Virus record (IMG/VR): IMGVR_UViG_3300032125_000014
Location: 1-36,809 of that record
Reading direction: 5' to 3' (one strand)
Length of the DNA: 36,809 bases
Source: a virus
Lineage: Duplodnaviria; Caudoviricetes
The first letter of the stretch is position 1; each line of letters opens with the position of its first letter. The notes beneath the pieces are model-generated. The model was not told where the DNA came from and ran no database searches. It worked only from the letters and a program-made list of their open reading frames with translations. The translations under genes and the position numbers were made by a program. This document shows positions 18,372-25,811 of this stretch, in pieces.

Positions 18372-19109
18372 TCAATTGATAGATTCTTTATTAATTAACT
18401 CATTTAATTCTTTAATATAAGCAGAAACGCCTGTATAAATGACTTCCAAAGTATTTAATACTTCTTTTTGAGAATCACCAAAAGTTAATTTATAATAAAA
18501 ATCAACATCATATTTTCTTACGTAAGGATGTGTTGCAGCAGTTTTTTCGTTAAACGGAATATTGCCGATAACTATGTTATCCTTTCCTGAGTCAAACGCT
18601 CCACAATCTATAAGTTTGTTACCTGATGTCGTTTCTAAATATTTAATTTGTATGCCTTTTTCTTTAATTGCTTGCTTAGATAAATTATTATGTTTATTTG
18701 AATTAACTAAATTATTGAACTCTTGCAACCATTTATTACTGTTATAATATTGCATTGATTCAATTAGTTTATAAACATCCGGATTACTAATGCTTAGATT
18801 CTTGAATTTCTTACTCATATTTTTTTCAAATTCTGTTTTACTCTTATTTAATGGAAACTGAGGCCTGTCAGCACAGTTTCTTCTTATGTCAGAATTTGAA
18901 TTGTATTGATCTCTGCAATAAGTATCGAAAACAAAGTTTGCAGAATAATCTAATGGTGACCGTAAATTTTCTAGAGTGTTTTTAACATATACTTTTATAA
19001 AAGGTATCATGTTGGTGTCTTCTAATGACTTTGGAACTAAAGTTTCTAGATTTTCTAATGTTTCTTTTGATACGCTTAAACACGCATTAGAATCTTTTAG
19101 CCAGTTCAT
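18372..19109 (-). CDS. Moron protein, possibly HEPN-like (ENLRSPLDY...FP...LVNSNKH)
   Basis: 245 aa, AT-rich, opposite to the late operon; GAGGTG RBS and TATAAT (19134-19139, minus strand). Confidence 0.75.
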   Translation of the reverse strand: MNWLKDSNACLSVSKETLENLETLVPKSLEDTNMIPFIKVYVKNTLENLRSPLDYSANFVFDTYCRDQYNSNSDIRRNCADRPQFPLNKSKTEFEKNMSKKFKNLSISNPDVYKLIESMQYYNSNKWLQEFNNLVNSNKHNNLSKQAIKEKGIQIKYLETTSGNKLIDCGAFDSGKDNIVIGNIPFNEKTAATHPYVRKYDVDFYYKLTFGDSQKEVLNTLEVIYTGVSAYIKELNELINKESIN

Positions 19110-19160
19110 AATATCACCTCACTTTCTAATTCAATTATATAGCAAAGGGTGTAAAAAGAT

Positions 19161-19343
19161 ATGGGTGAAGAAAAACTTAAAATATTAACATATGAATTGT
19201 TAGAAAGATGGTATAACTGTGAATCAACACTTAACCAAGATTGGGTGACTTTCGAGAACCCTAATATACAAGATGAGACAGATGAGGATTACGAAGATTA
19301 TAAAAGAAGAATAAATATAGCCTTGAACCATAATGCGAATTAG
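19161..19343 (+). CDS. Small acidic hypothetical protein
   Basis: 60 aa, AGGGTG RBS; ends inside the right boundary repeat. Confidence 0.55.
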   Translation: MGEEKLKILTYELLERWYNCESTLNQDWVTFENPNIQDETDEDYEDYKRRINIALNHNAN

Positions 19344-19344
19344 A
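19325..19344 (+). repeat. Cassette-boundary direct repeat, right
   Basis: GAACCATAATGCGAATTAGA. Confidence 0.8.
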
Positions 19345-19362
19345 TGAAAATGAATGAAAGCG

Positions 19363-19390
19363 AGGTTGTCCAATTGTGGACAGCCTTTTT
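19363..19390 (+). terminator. Rho-independent terminator upstream of lysis cassette
   Basis: AGGTTGTCCA-attg-TGGACAGCCT followed by TTTT. Confidence 0.75.
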
Positions 19391-19408
19391 ATTATGTAAA
19401 AAATTTAA

Positions 19409-19837
19409 TTGAAAGTCGGTGATGAAGTGGAAAATACAAAGTTAAAAAAAGAATTAAAAAAGGCTTCGAATAAGAGGCCTAGTGACTTTTGGGGCACTCT
19501 GATTGCTGCGGTAAGTATTTTGTACGGAGAATTCATTTTTAGGGTGGATGGATATTTGGTTGCTAATGCTGAACCGTATCTAAGTGATCTACCAGAAAAC
19601 ATTATAGGAATACTATTAATAGTCATAGGTCTGTTTAAACTATTAGGTTTATTTCTACAATATAAACCATTTAAGAAGATGGGTATTTGGCTTTTAAGTG
19701 GTATATGGAGCGGACTATTTTTCGTTGCTTTGACCTATTCATTCGGCACAGGCTATCCTCATCCAACGTATGTATTCATTGGAATGATAGCAATAGGATG
19801 CTTTAGAGTATCGCTCAAAGGAGACTATGTTAAATGA
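19409..19837 (+). CDS. Four-TM membrane protein of lysis region
   Basis: Four hydrophobic segments; start possibly GTG 19427. Confidence 0.75.
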   Translation: MKVGDEVENTKLKKELKKASNKRPSDFWGTLIAAVSILYGEFIFRVDGYLVANAEPYLSDLPENIIGILLIVIGLFKLLGLFLQYKPFKKMGIWLLSGIWSGLFFVALTYSFGTGYPHPTYVFIGMIAIGCFRVSLKGDYVK

Positions 19838-20112
19838 GCTTGGAGTGGTTAGTCGGCATATTAATTGGAAGTGGAGGTGCAGGGGCAATACTTTCTGCTT
19901 ATTTTACAAATAAAAGCAATAACCAAACTCATGAATTAAATCTACTGGATCGTGCAAGAAAAGAAATTGAGCGATTGGATATAAAGATAAAAGAGTTGGA
20001 AAAAGAAATTGAGGATAAAGAAGAAGAGAACGCCGAATTAAAAAAAGTCATAGATGACTTGAGACGTCGCAAGAATGAATTAGAACTAACAATAAAAAGG
20101 AGTGTTAAATGA
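19834..20112 (+). CDS. N-terminal TM plus coiled-coil protein (XhlA-like lysis accessory)
   Basis: WLVGILIGSGGAGAILSAYF followed by heptad repeats; ATGA/TAA-type coupling with neighbours. Confidence 0.7.
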   Translation: MSLEWLVGILIGSGGAGAILSAYFTNKSNNQTHELNLLDRARKEIERLDIKIKELEKEIEDKEEENAELKKVIDDLRRRKNELELTIKRSVK

Positions 20113-20474
20113 TGGAAGAACTACAAACAGCAATTCTAGGCGCATTAGGGGTCATACTATTAGCTTTAATAAGGAACGTCACCAATAAGGTGGTTTTCTA
20201 TCTGGACAGCAAAGGCATTACGGAAAAACTCAACAGAAAGCAGTACTTAGTTGATATTGCTGTTAATGCTGCTGAACAGATTTGGCAGAACGAAGACGGT
20301 GCTACTAAACTAGCGAATGCTCGAACAGAGGCCATTAAGTTATTAAATGAGAACGGAATAAACATTACTTCTACAGAATTGCAAAACTTAATTGAAGCAA
20401 GTGTAAAAGCAATGAATGATGCGATTAACAGTACGAAAGTCGGAGTTATCAAATTAGAAGAGGAGGTAAAATAA
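20109..20474 (+). CDS. Holin, LL-H family
   Basis: One N-terminal TM, AVNAAEQI...G..K...A and LIEASVKAMN motifs; precedes endolysin. Confidence 0.85.
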   Translation: MMEELQTAILGALGVILLALIRNVTNKVVFYLDSKGITEKLNRKQYLVDIAVNAAEQIWQNEDGATKLANARTEAIKLLNENGINITSTELQNLIEASVKAMNDAINSTKVGVIKLEEEVK

Positions 20475-20475
20475 T

Positions 20476-21597
20476 ATGAGTAAAGTTATCAAAATATTTC
20501 GGGATGATATAATTAACGGCATAGCAGGCAAACGTCAAGGTAAACCAAAGGGTGGAGTTTTTCATAATGATTATGGGGCAATGACACCAATGGAATACGC
20601 AGTTTGGTTAGTAAGGCGTAAAGTTTTAGAACAACTTAATAAAGGTTTCGCTCCATACTATATCAATAGTAAAGAGATCTTACGTTCAGATAATACAGGA
20701 AATAAGGCATGGCATACAGCAACTATTGAAGGTAACACATGGTATCTAGGTTATGAATCAACCCAAAGTTACTACGGTGTCCTTTCTGATGCCGAATTTA
20801 TTCTGAACGAAAATATGACATTAAGACAAATGGCCGAAGACTTTCACTACTATAGTATAAAGCCTAATAGAAACACGGTGAGACTGCATAAAGAATTTTC
20901 TTCCACATCGTGTCCTCATAGAACTTGGGAATTACATGGTAAATCATTGAATGTAGTTAAGGACTATTTGGCTAACAAAGTGTCATATTATATGTCTCTT
21001 GGTAAAACGGTTGAAGAAATGTTAAATAAAGAAGGCTCGACTGTTAATTTACCATCTCTACCAGTTAATAATAATACACCTCAACCTTACGGAAAAACTT
21101 TAAAAGTCGGTAAGCAAGCAAAACAATGGCAAACAGGTTCTAATATTCCTGGTTTTGTCATTGGTGGAACGTATGACGTTATTGCTTCTAAACCAGTCAA
21201 TCAGTCACGATCTAAAAAAGCTTACCTTATTGGTAAAGGTTCAATTGCTACAGGTTGGTTGCTAGAACAAGACGTAGAAGGATTCAAGACAGCCGGAGGA
21301 GGAAATACAAACAAACCTGCTGGTTACAGCAAGAACTACAACTTGCCAACAGGTGTGTATAGATACCGTAAAGGAGCAACCTATCAAATTGGTAACGATG
21401 TTCTAACTATTCAGAAAGCTCTATCAAGTATTTATTTCTATCCTAACAAATCAAAATCTAATAACGGTTGCGACAGTGTATATGGAAAGAATACAGCAGA
21501 TGCAGTTAGAAGATTCCAATCAGTTCACGGATTGAAGGCTGACGGAGTATACGGACCAGCAACAGCTAAGAAACTAGATTCAATTGTAAATAAATAA
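20476..21597 (+). CDS. Endolysin: Amidase_2 domain, SH3-like module and PG_binding_1 domain
   Basis: FHND, AWH, GYE, LHKEFSSTSCP (Zn amidase); C-terminal DVLTIQKAL..DSVYGKNTADAVRRFQ..GLKADGVYGPAT. Confidence 0.92.
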   Translation: MSKVIKIFRDDIINGIAGKRQGKPKGGVFHNDYGAMTPMEYAVWLVRRKVLEQLNKGFAPYYINSKEILRSDNTGNKAWHTATIEGNTWYLGYESTQSYYGVLSDAEFILNENMTLRQMAEDFHYYSIKPNRNTVRLHKEFSSTSCPHRTWELHGKSLNVVKDYLANKVSYYMSLGKTVEEMLNKEGSTVNLPSLPVNNNTPQPYGKTLKVGKQAKQWQTGSNIPGFVIGGTYDVIASKPVNQSRSKKAYLIGKGSIATGWLLEQDVEGFKTAGGGNTNKPAGYSKNYNLPTGVYRYRKGATYQIGNDVLTIQKALSSIYFYPNKSKSNNGCDSVYGKNTADAVRRFQSVHGLKADGVYGPATAKKLDSIVNK

Positions 21598-21601
21598 AGT
21601 T

Positions 21602-21637
21602 AAAGACCCTATTCTTAATTGAGTAGGGTCTTTTTTT
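21602..21637 (+). terminator. Terminator after endolysin
   Basis: AAAGACCCTATTC-ttaatt-GAGTAGGGTCTTT followed by a T tract. Confidence 0.88.
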
Positions 21638-21692
21638 GTTTATAATTATTGAAACGTAACATATGGTTATAATAGGAAGGCTTTTTTTAAAC

Positions 21693-21714
21693 AAGGTGCA
21701 GAGAAGGTGCATAA
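21693..21714. repeat. Integrase arm-type sites (left arm)
   Basis: AAGGTGCA-gag-AAGGTGCATAA; same tandem pair recurs at 21933-21954. Confidence 0.8.
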
Positions 21715-21818
21715 ATATGTTAACTCATATTGTTTAGTATTGCTTTTAGGTTTCAAAAACCCTTATAAATCAATATTAGTGACTATACATTTACTCGTGT
21801 TTATTCGCGAGCGTTTAA

Positions 21819-21860
21819 CTGGCAGCCAAAAGGTCAGGGGTTCGAACCCCCTTACTTCCA
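21819..21860 (+). other. attP core: 3' half of tRNA-Ala(GGC)
   Basis: CTGGCAG anticodon loop, T arm AGGGG-TTCGAAC-CCCCT, acceptor 3' strand TACTTCC-A (U70, A73 fit Ala); 5' half absent. Confidence 0.88.
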
Positions 21861-21869
21861 TAAGCTAAG

Positions 21870-21916
21870 AACGTTTATACGACGGTGTTTGTTGCCGATT
21901 GTATAAACGTTTTTTT
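21870..21916. terminator. Long hairpin/terminator between attP core and integrase end
   Basis: AACGTTTATAC...GTATAAACGTT followed by a T tract. Confidence 0.7.
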
Positions 21917-21932
21917 ATGCAAATTTATAGAA

Positions 21933-21954
21933 AAGGTGCAGGAAAGGTGCATAA
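21933..21954. repeat. Integrase arm-type sites (right arm)
   Basis: AAGGTGCA-gga-AAGGTGCATAA. Confidence 0.8.
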
Positions 21955-21956
21955 CT

Positions 21957-23132
21957 TTAAAAAAGGTTCTTAAATGTATCGCCAGCACCTTGGTCAGCCT
22001 CTTTTAAAACATGAGCATAGATGTCCATTGTAGTACCTATTTTTTTGTGACCTAGTCGTTCTTGAATGACTTTCATGTTAACACCCTGATGAAGTAGCCA
22101 AGTAGCTGAAGAGTGTCTTAAATCGTGAAATGTAATGTATCTTAAATCATGACGTTTAATAAATCTGTTCCAACGTTGATAGAAAGAGGAGACACGTTTC
22201 GGTTTGCCCTCAACATTGCTGAATAAGAATTTATGTTTCGACCATTCATTGTCTATTCCGACGAAATCACGATCAGCTCTTTTATTAAACATGTGTCTTT
22301 TTATCATAACCATTAATCCATCTGGAACGGAAACTTCTTTAACTGTTTTTGTTTTAGTGTAATTTTGGAGAGTAGAACCAATTTTACTTTTATCAATAAT
22401 CATTTGTTCAAATGTAATGGTATTTTTGGAGAAATCAATGTGCTTATCTTCTAACGCTGCAATCTCGCCTTCACGGCCACCAGTAGTGACAGCTATTGAA
22501 ACAATAACCTGGTATTCTAACGGTTCTTTTTTTAATGCTTCAAACAACAATCCTATCTCATGAGTGTTGTAGGGTTCTGTCTTTTTAGAATAAACTCTTT
22601 CATCGGGACCAACATCTATTTTCTTAATAGGATTAGCGTCTATGAATTGCCATTCAGTGGCCAAATTGAAAACAGATGTAATAGAGAGTAAGGCATTCTT
22701 TTTTGTTTTGCGAGATAGACCACCTTCTTTGCCGTCTATTCGTTTTAAGTTATTAATGATGTTGACTATGTGCATTGTTTTAATATCTGCAACCATCATT
22801 CCACCAATGACAGGCAAGAATCTATTTTCTAACATATGCAAGTAAAGAGTAATAGTCTTATATTCCATTTTCTTTTCAGCATACTTTGGTAACCATTCAT
22901 TATAGATAAAATCATCTAGCTTTATTTTAGTTGGTTTGTAATAATTTGATCCTTCTAATTCAACAATGAAATCACGTAACGCTTTTTCAGCTTGTCGCTC
23001 ACTTTTAACACGAATGCTTTTAGTTCGACGAACGGGATTGCCTTTCTGATTATAGCCAACCGTTACATATAGTTTGTAGTGGTCGTCAGCAAGTTCTTTG
23101 ATGCTGCCATTCAATCTTCTTTTCTTATCCAC
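21957..23132 (-). CDS. int: Tyrosine integrase (ICEBs1/Tn916-like architecture)
   Basis: TGGREGEI, FHDLRHS, ERLGH and DIYAH catalytic motifs; N-terminal arm-binding domain; adjacent to attP. Confidence 0.96.
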   Translation of the reverse strand: MDKKRRLNGSIKELADDHYKLYVTVGYNQKGNPVRRTKSIRVKSERQAEKALRDFIVELEGSNYYKPTKIKLDDFIYNEWLPKYAEKKMEYKTITLYLHMLENRFLPVIGGMMVADIKTMHIVNIINNLKRIDGKEGGLSRKTKKNALLSITSVFNLATEWQFIDANPIKKIDVGPDERVYSKKTEPYNTHEIGLLFEALKKEPLEYQVIVSIAVTTGGREGEIAALEDKHIDFSKNTITFEQMIIDKSKIGSTLQNYTKTKTVKEVSVPDGLMVMIKRHMFNKRADRDFVGIDNEWSKHKFLFSNVEGKPKRVSSFYQRWNRFIKRHDLRYITFHDLRHSSATWLLHQGVNMKVIQERLGHKKIGTTMDIYAHVLKEADQGAGDTFKNLF

Positions 23133-23443
23133 GTTTCCACATCCTCATAGTTTAATTTAGCGTGAAACTGTTGTTGTTCTTCGTTAATCCACACATCATC
23201 TACATTGTTTAAAGCAACGTCTGGATAAATCATGCCAACACTCTGTAACTCATACCATAAGTCTTTAGTTATATCTTTATCATCATACCTAGATAAAGAG
23301 AGGTGGATGTAATCCTTAAAATAATAGATAAATAAACTGTATTTCATATCAATATCCATTGACCTCACACGCAATGCTTTTGTGTTTTTCGTAGCTTGAC
23401 GGCAGAAATCCTTTTCTAGTGAAGATAAGTCTTTGATTATCAT
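23111..23443 (-). CDS. Hypothetical protein overlapping the int start
   Basis: 110 aa, AGGGG RBS, 22-nt overlap with int. Confidence 0.7.
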   Translation of the reverse strand: MIIKDLSSLEKDFCRQATKNTKALRVRSMDIDMKYSLFIYYFKDYIHLSLSRYDDKDITKDLWYELQSVGMIYPDVALNNVDDVWINEEQQQFHAKLNYEDVETWIRKED

Positions 23444-23483
23444 AATATTTTCCCCCTGTTATCGTATATTTGATTAAAAGATA

Positions 23484-23497
23484 CGAACTTATGTTCT
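23484..23497. promoter_or_regulatory. LexA/DinR SOS box (Cheo box)
   Basis: cGAAC-ttat-GTTCt matches the Firmicute GAAC-N4-GTTC consensus, about 40 bp upstream of the 110-aa gene. Confidence 0.75.
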
Positions 23498-23507
23498 TTC
23501 CCACGTG

Positions 23508-23529
23508 AAAAGAAAAGGCTGTTAAGCCT
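23508..23529 (-). terminator. Terminator after lipoprotein gene
   Basis: Minus strand AGGCT-taac-AGCCT-TTTCTTTT. Confidence 0.6.
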
Positions 23530-23535
23530 AGTCTT

Positions 23536-24111
23536 TTATTTGACTTCTATCGTTTTCTCGCCTAAATCTTTACCATCTATACCTTGATTGGCTTTTAGTT
23601 CAACCGGTGTAATATCGTCATCAAGTTCATAAGCAATGGCATTAGCAACAGTCCCATTTTGCTTGATAACTTCAGATTGAGTATCCAAGAACTTTTCATC
23701 TGGAAGAGAAGCAACATTTAGTTCATTCACGCTATCAGGGTTATTATCTTGAAAAGCAGAAAATACTGCTATCCAAGCAATCAAAGGATCAAGTTCTTTC
23801 TCAGTTAAATTAGTAGTATCATACCAAAAAGCGATAACAGGTTTCTCACCATATTCGTTTCCTGTTTCACCGACCGGTATAATTTTCGTGTCAGTTATAT
23901 TTATTTCTAGATCATTAATAACTAACTCATCATCTTTAAAATAGAAGTCTTCATTTTTACTTTCAGATTCAACAGCCTTACTTTCTTCTTTTGCTACATC
24001 AACTTGAGATGCTGCTTGTTTTTCTGGTGTATTAGACTCTTCTTCATTGCCACAAGCTCCTAAAACTAAACCACAAACTCCAAGCGCTACAAGTAACTTA
24101 ATCTTCTTCAT
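23536..24111 (-). CDS. Lipoprotein (DUF5067-like), possible superinfection exclusion
   Basis: Signal peptide with LGAC lipobox; PVIAFWYDTTN, AFQDN and AIAYELDD..TPV motifs; in the cI transcript. Confidence 0.82.
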   Translation of the reverse strand: MKKIKLLVALGVCGLVLGACGNEEESNTPEKQAASQVDVAKEESKAVESESKNEDFYFKDDELVINDLEINITDTKIIPVGETGNEYGEKPVIAFWYDTTNLTEKELDPLIAWIAVFSAFQDNNPDSVNELNVASLPDEKFLDTQSEVIKQNGTVANAIAYELDDDITPVELKANQGIDGKDLGEKTIEVK

Positions 24112-24130
24112 ATGTATCTCCTCCTATTTT

Positions 24131-24757
24131 TTAAAAGTTTCTTTGAATATTAATTAATCTGCCTATTATTTTTACTTCATTTAATTCTTCTCCAGATATA
24201 AAAGTAGGCGAGTGTTCTGGATTAGAAGGAGTGAGCATGATTGCTCCGTCCATTCTATTGACGCGTTTTAATGTTGCCTCGTCTCCATTAATTGCAACAG
24301 CGTATATCTTATTTTGAATAAAATCAGCTTCTTTTTGTATTAAAGCTAAATCTCCGTCTGCAATACCATCTCCAGACATGGAATCTCCCTTTGTTTTTAA
24401 AACAACATAGTCATGACTCATATCTAAGTTTGATTTTGAATAGGCCTGTGTACCTTCGTATTCAGTATAAGAAATGCCACCAGAGCCACATTTAATTGTC
24501 CCGACGATTGGAATGTAGACCATATCCTCCTTATCTAAAGAAGCTAAAGTTATATTTTTTATATTAGTTCTACCATATAAGTAATCAACTGAGACATCGA
24601 AATAATCGGCCATCTTATTTATTATATCTTGAGAAGGTTCATTTCTCTCGTTTTCGAAATGAGAGTAAGCTCCTCTTGTTACGCCCAAGTATGCAGCTAC
24701 TTCATCTTGTGTCTGTTGCTTACCTGTTCTTAAGTCTCTTAAACGTTGACCTAGCAT
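24131..24757 (-). CDS. cI: CI-like repressor (XRE HTH plus S24 autoprotease)
   Basis: LTQ-type HTH, VSVDYLYG, IPIVGTIKCG (Cys-Gly cleavage site), GDSM (Ser), ATLKR (Lys); ATG 24757 has an AGGTGG RBS. Confidence 0.93.
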   Translation of the reverse strand: MLGQRLRDLRTGKQQTQDEVAAYLGVTRGAYSHFENERNEPSQDIINKMADYFDVSVDYLYGRTNIKNITLASLDKEDMVYIPIVGTIKCGSGGISYTEYEGTQAYSKSNLDMSHDYVVLKTKGDSMSGDGIADGDLALIQKEADFIQNKIYAVAINGDEATLKRVNRMDGAIMLTPSNPEHSPTFISGEELNEVKIIGRLINIQRNF

Positions 24758-24797
24758 TATCGCCACCACCTTATTAGCTATATTTTAACAGAACAAA

Positions 24798-24904
24798 GAT
24801 ACAAAAAGTATCACTAGTAAAGAAATATACAAAATGTATCAACTAATGCTTGACGATACATAATGTATCGTGTATATTAAATACATAGAGATACAAAACG
24901 TATC
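24798..24904. promoter_or_regulatory. Four operators GATAC-N5-GTATC in the cI/cro intergenic region
   Basis: 24798-24812, 24826-24840 (TATAC variant), 24855-24869, 24890-24904. Confidence 0.9.
24850..24878 (+). promoter_or_regulatory. Early lytic promoter (P cro)
   Basis: TTGACG-17 bp-TATATT with an operator in the spacer. Confidence 0.85.
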
Positions 24905-24922
24905 AAAGGAAGGAAGTGAATT

Positions 24923-25168
24923 ATGATGTGTGAAAGAAGGAAAGGGTTAATCCAAGAGAGAGAATCAAAGAACTTAACCCGTGAGGAACTAGCGGAGAAA
25001 TTAGGAGTAGCAGAGATAACTGTTAGGAAAATAGAAGAAGGTGGCAGAAATCCCAGCATCAATATGGCTAAGAGATTTGCTATCTATTATAAAAAAGATC
25101 TAACAGAATTGTTTCCTGATATTTTTTTACTCTCGTTCGATACGAAACGTATCGGAGTTAAGCGCTAA
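24923..25168 (+). CDS. cro: Cro-like XRE regulator
   Basis: LTREELAEKLGVAEITVRKIEEGGRNPS HTH; divergent from cI. Confidence 0.88.
   Translation: MMCERRKGLIQERESKNLTREELAEKLGVAEITVRKIEEGGRNPSINMAKRFAIYYKKDLTELFPDIFLLSFDTKRIGVKR
25139..25153. promoter_or_regulatory. Fifth operator within the 3' end of cro
   Basis: GATAC-gaaac-GTATC. Confidence 0.8.
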
Positions 25169-25283
25169 TGACTTATATTCAGTATAACCCAATAACAATC
25201 GTAGTTAAATAATCTCATCTATGTAATTAAGTGGTGAAACAAGTGAGCAAATCTTAAATAAAAATAGAAAGAAGGAAAATGAT

Positions 25284-25481
25284 ATGTCAGACGGAAAAGT
25301 AATAGTAGATGTATTGGTTACTGATGAAGCATTAGGAAAAGCGGTCAAATTGGTTGAGCTATTAAAAGAAGCCAAAACGCTGGCGGGCGAATTGGCTTCA
25401 ATAGAATTCTCAGAAGAAAAAACACTAACTAGCGAAGGATATCTAACTGCAAAAGGACCGAATGTAAGACGAACTATTTAA
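25284..25481 (+). CDS. 65-aa early protein with TMP-like N-terminus
   Basis: AAGAAGG RBS; MSDGKVIVDVLVTDEALGKAVKLVE resembles the TMP start. Confidence 0.75.
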   Translation: MSDGKVIVDVLVTDEALGKAVKLVELLKEAKTLAGELASIEFSEEKTLTSEGYLTAKGPNVRRTI

Positions 25482-25746
25482 AAATATGTTCTTTAATAAA
25501 AGTCCATTGTTCGTCAGAAGCGATACCTTGATAACTATCTTTGAGTTCACATATAAACAACCTATCGTTGTTGTCTATGATGTGATCAAATTCTTTAGCT
25601 ATCTGATTTGGAGTAGAAGATGTATTCACTAACCAGAAAGACTTTTGAAGTTTTATATAAGTGTACTTTTTAATAACTTCAAATATTTGGTCATATTTCT
25701 GACCAGGGCTGTTTAAATCATAACTAATTAAATATGGTTTAAACAT
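25474..25746 (-). CDS. Stand-alone Cas2/VapD-like ferredoxin-fold protein
   Basis: YLISYDL..PGQKY, KLQKSFWLV and DNNDRLFI motifs; AAGGAGGTG RBS before ATG 25746; TGnGATAAT extended -10 upstream. Confidence 0.75.
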   Translation of the reverse strand: MFKPYLISYDLNSPGQKYDQIFEVIKKYTYIKLQKSFWLVNTSSTPNQIAKEFDHIIDNNDRLFICELKDSYQGIASDEQWTFIKEHIFK

Positions 25747-25811
25747 TTTTTTCACCTCCTTTATAGGAGATTATCTCATTCAAATTAAAAAATAGGAAGA
25801 AGGAAATTAAC

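Noticed and set aside
16150-19400. Diversity-generating retroelement or retron acting on the RBP
   Set aside because: No reverse transcriptase motifs and no TR/VR-length repeat pair seen in the window.
21790-21860. Intact tRNA gene
   Set aside because: Acceptor 5' strand and D arm are missing and the anticodon stem is mismatched; it is the attP core.
24798-25153. CRISPR mini-array associated with the Cas2-like gene
   Set aside because: The repeats are 15-bp palindromes with irregular spacing that overlap promoters, i.e. operators.
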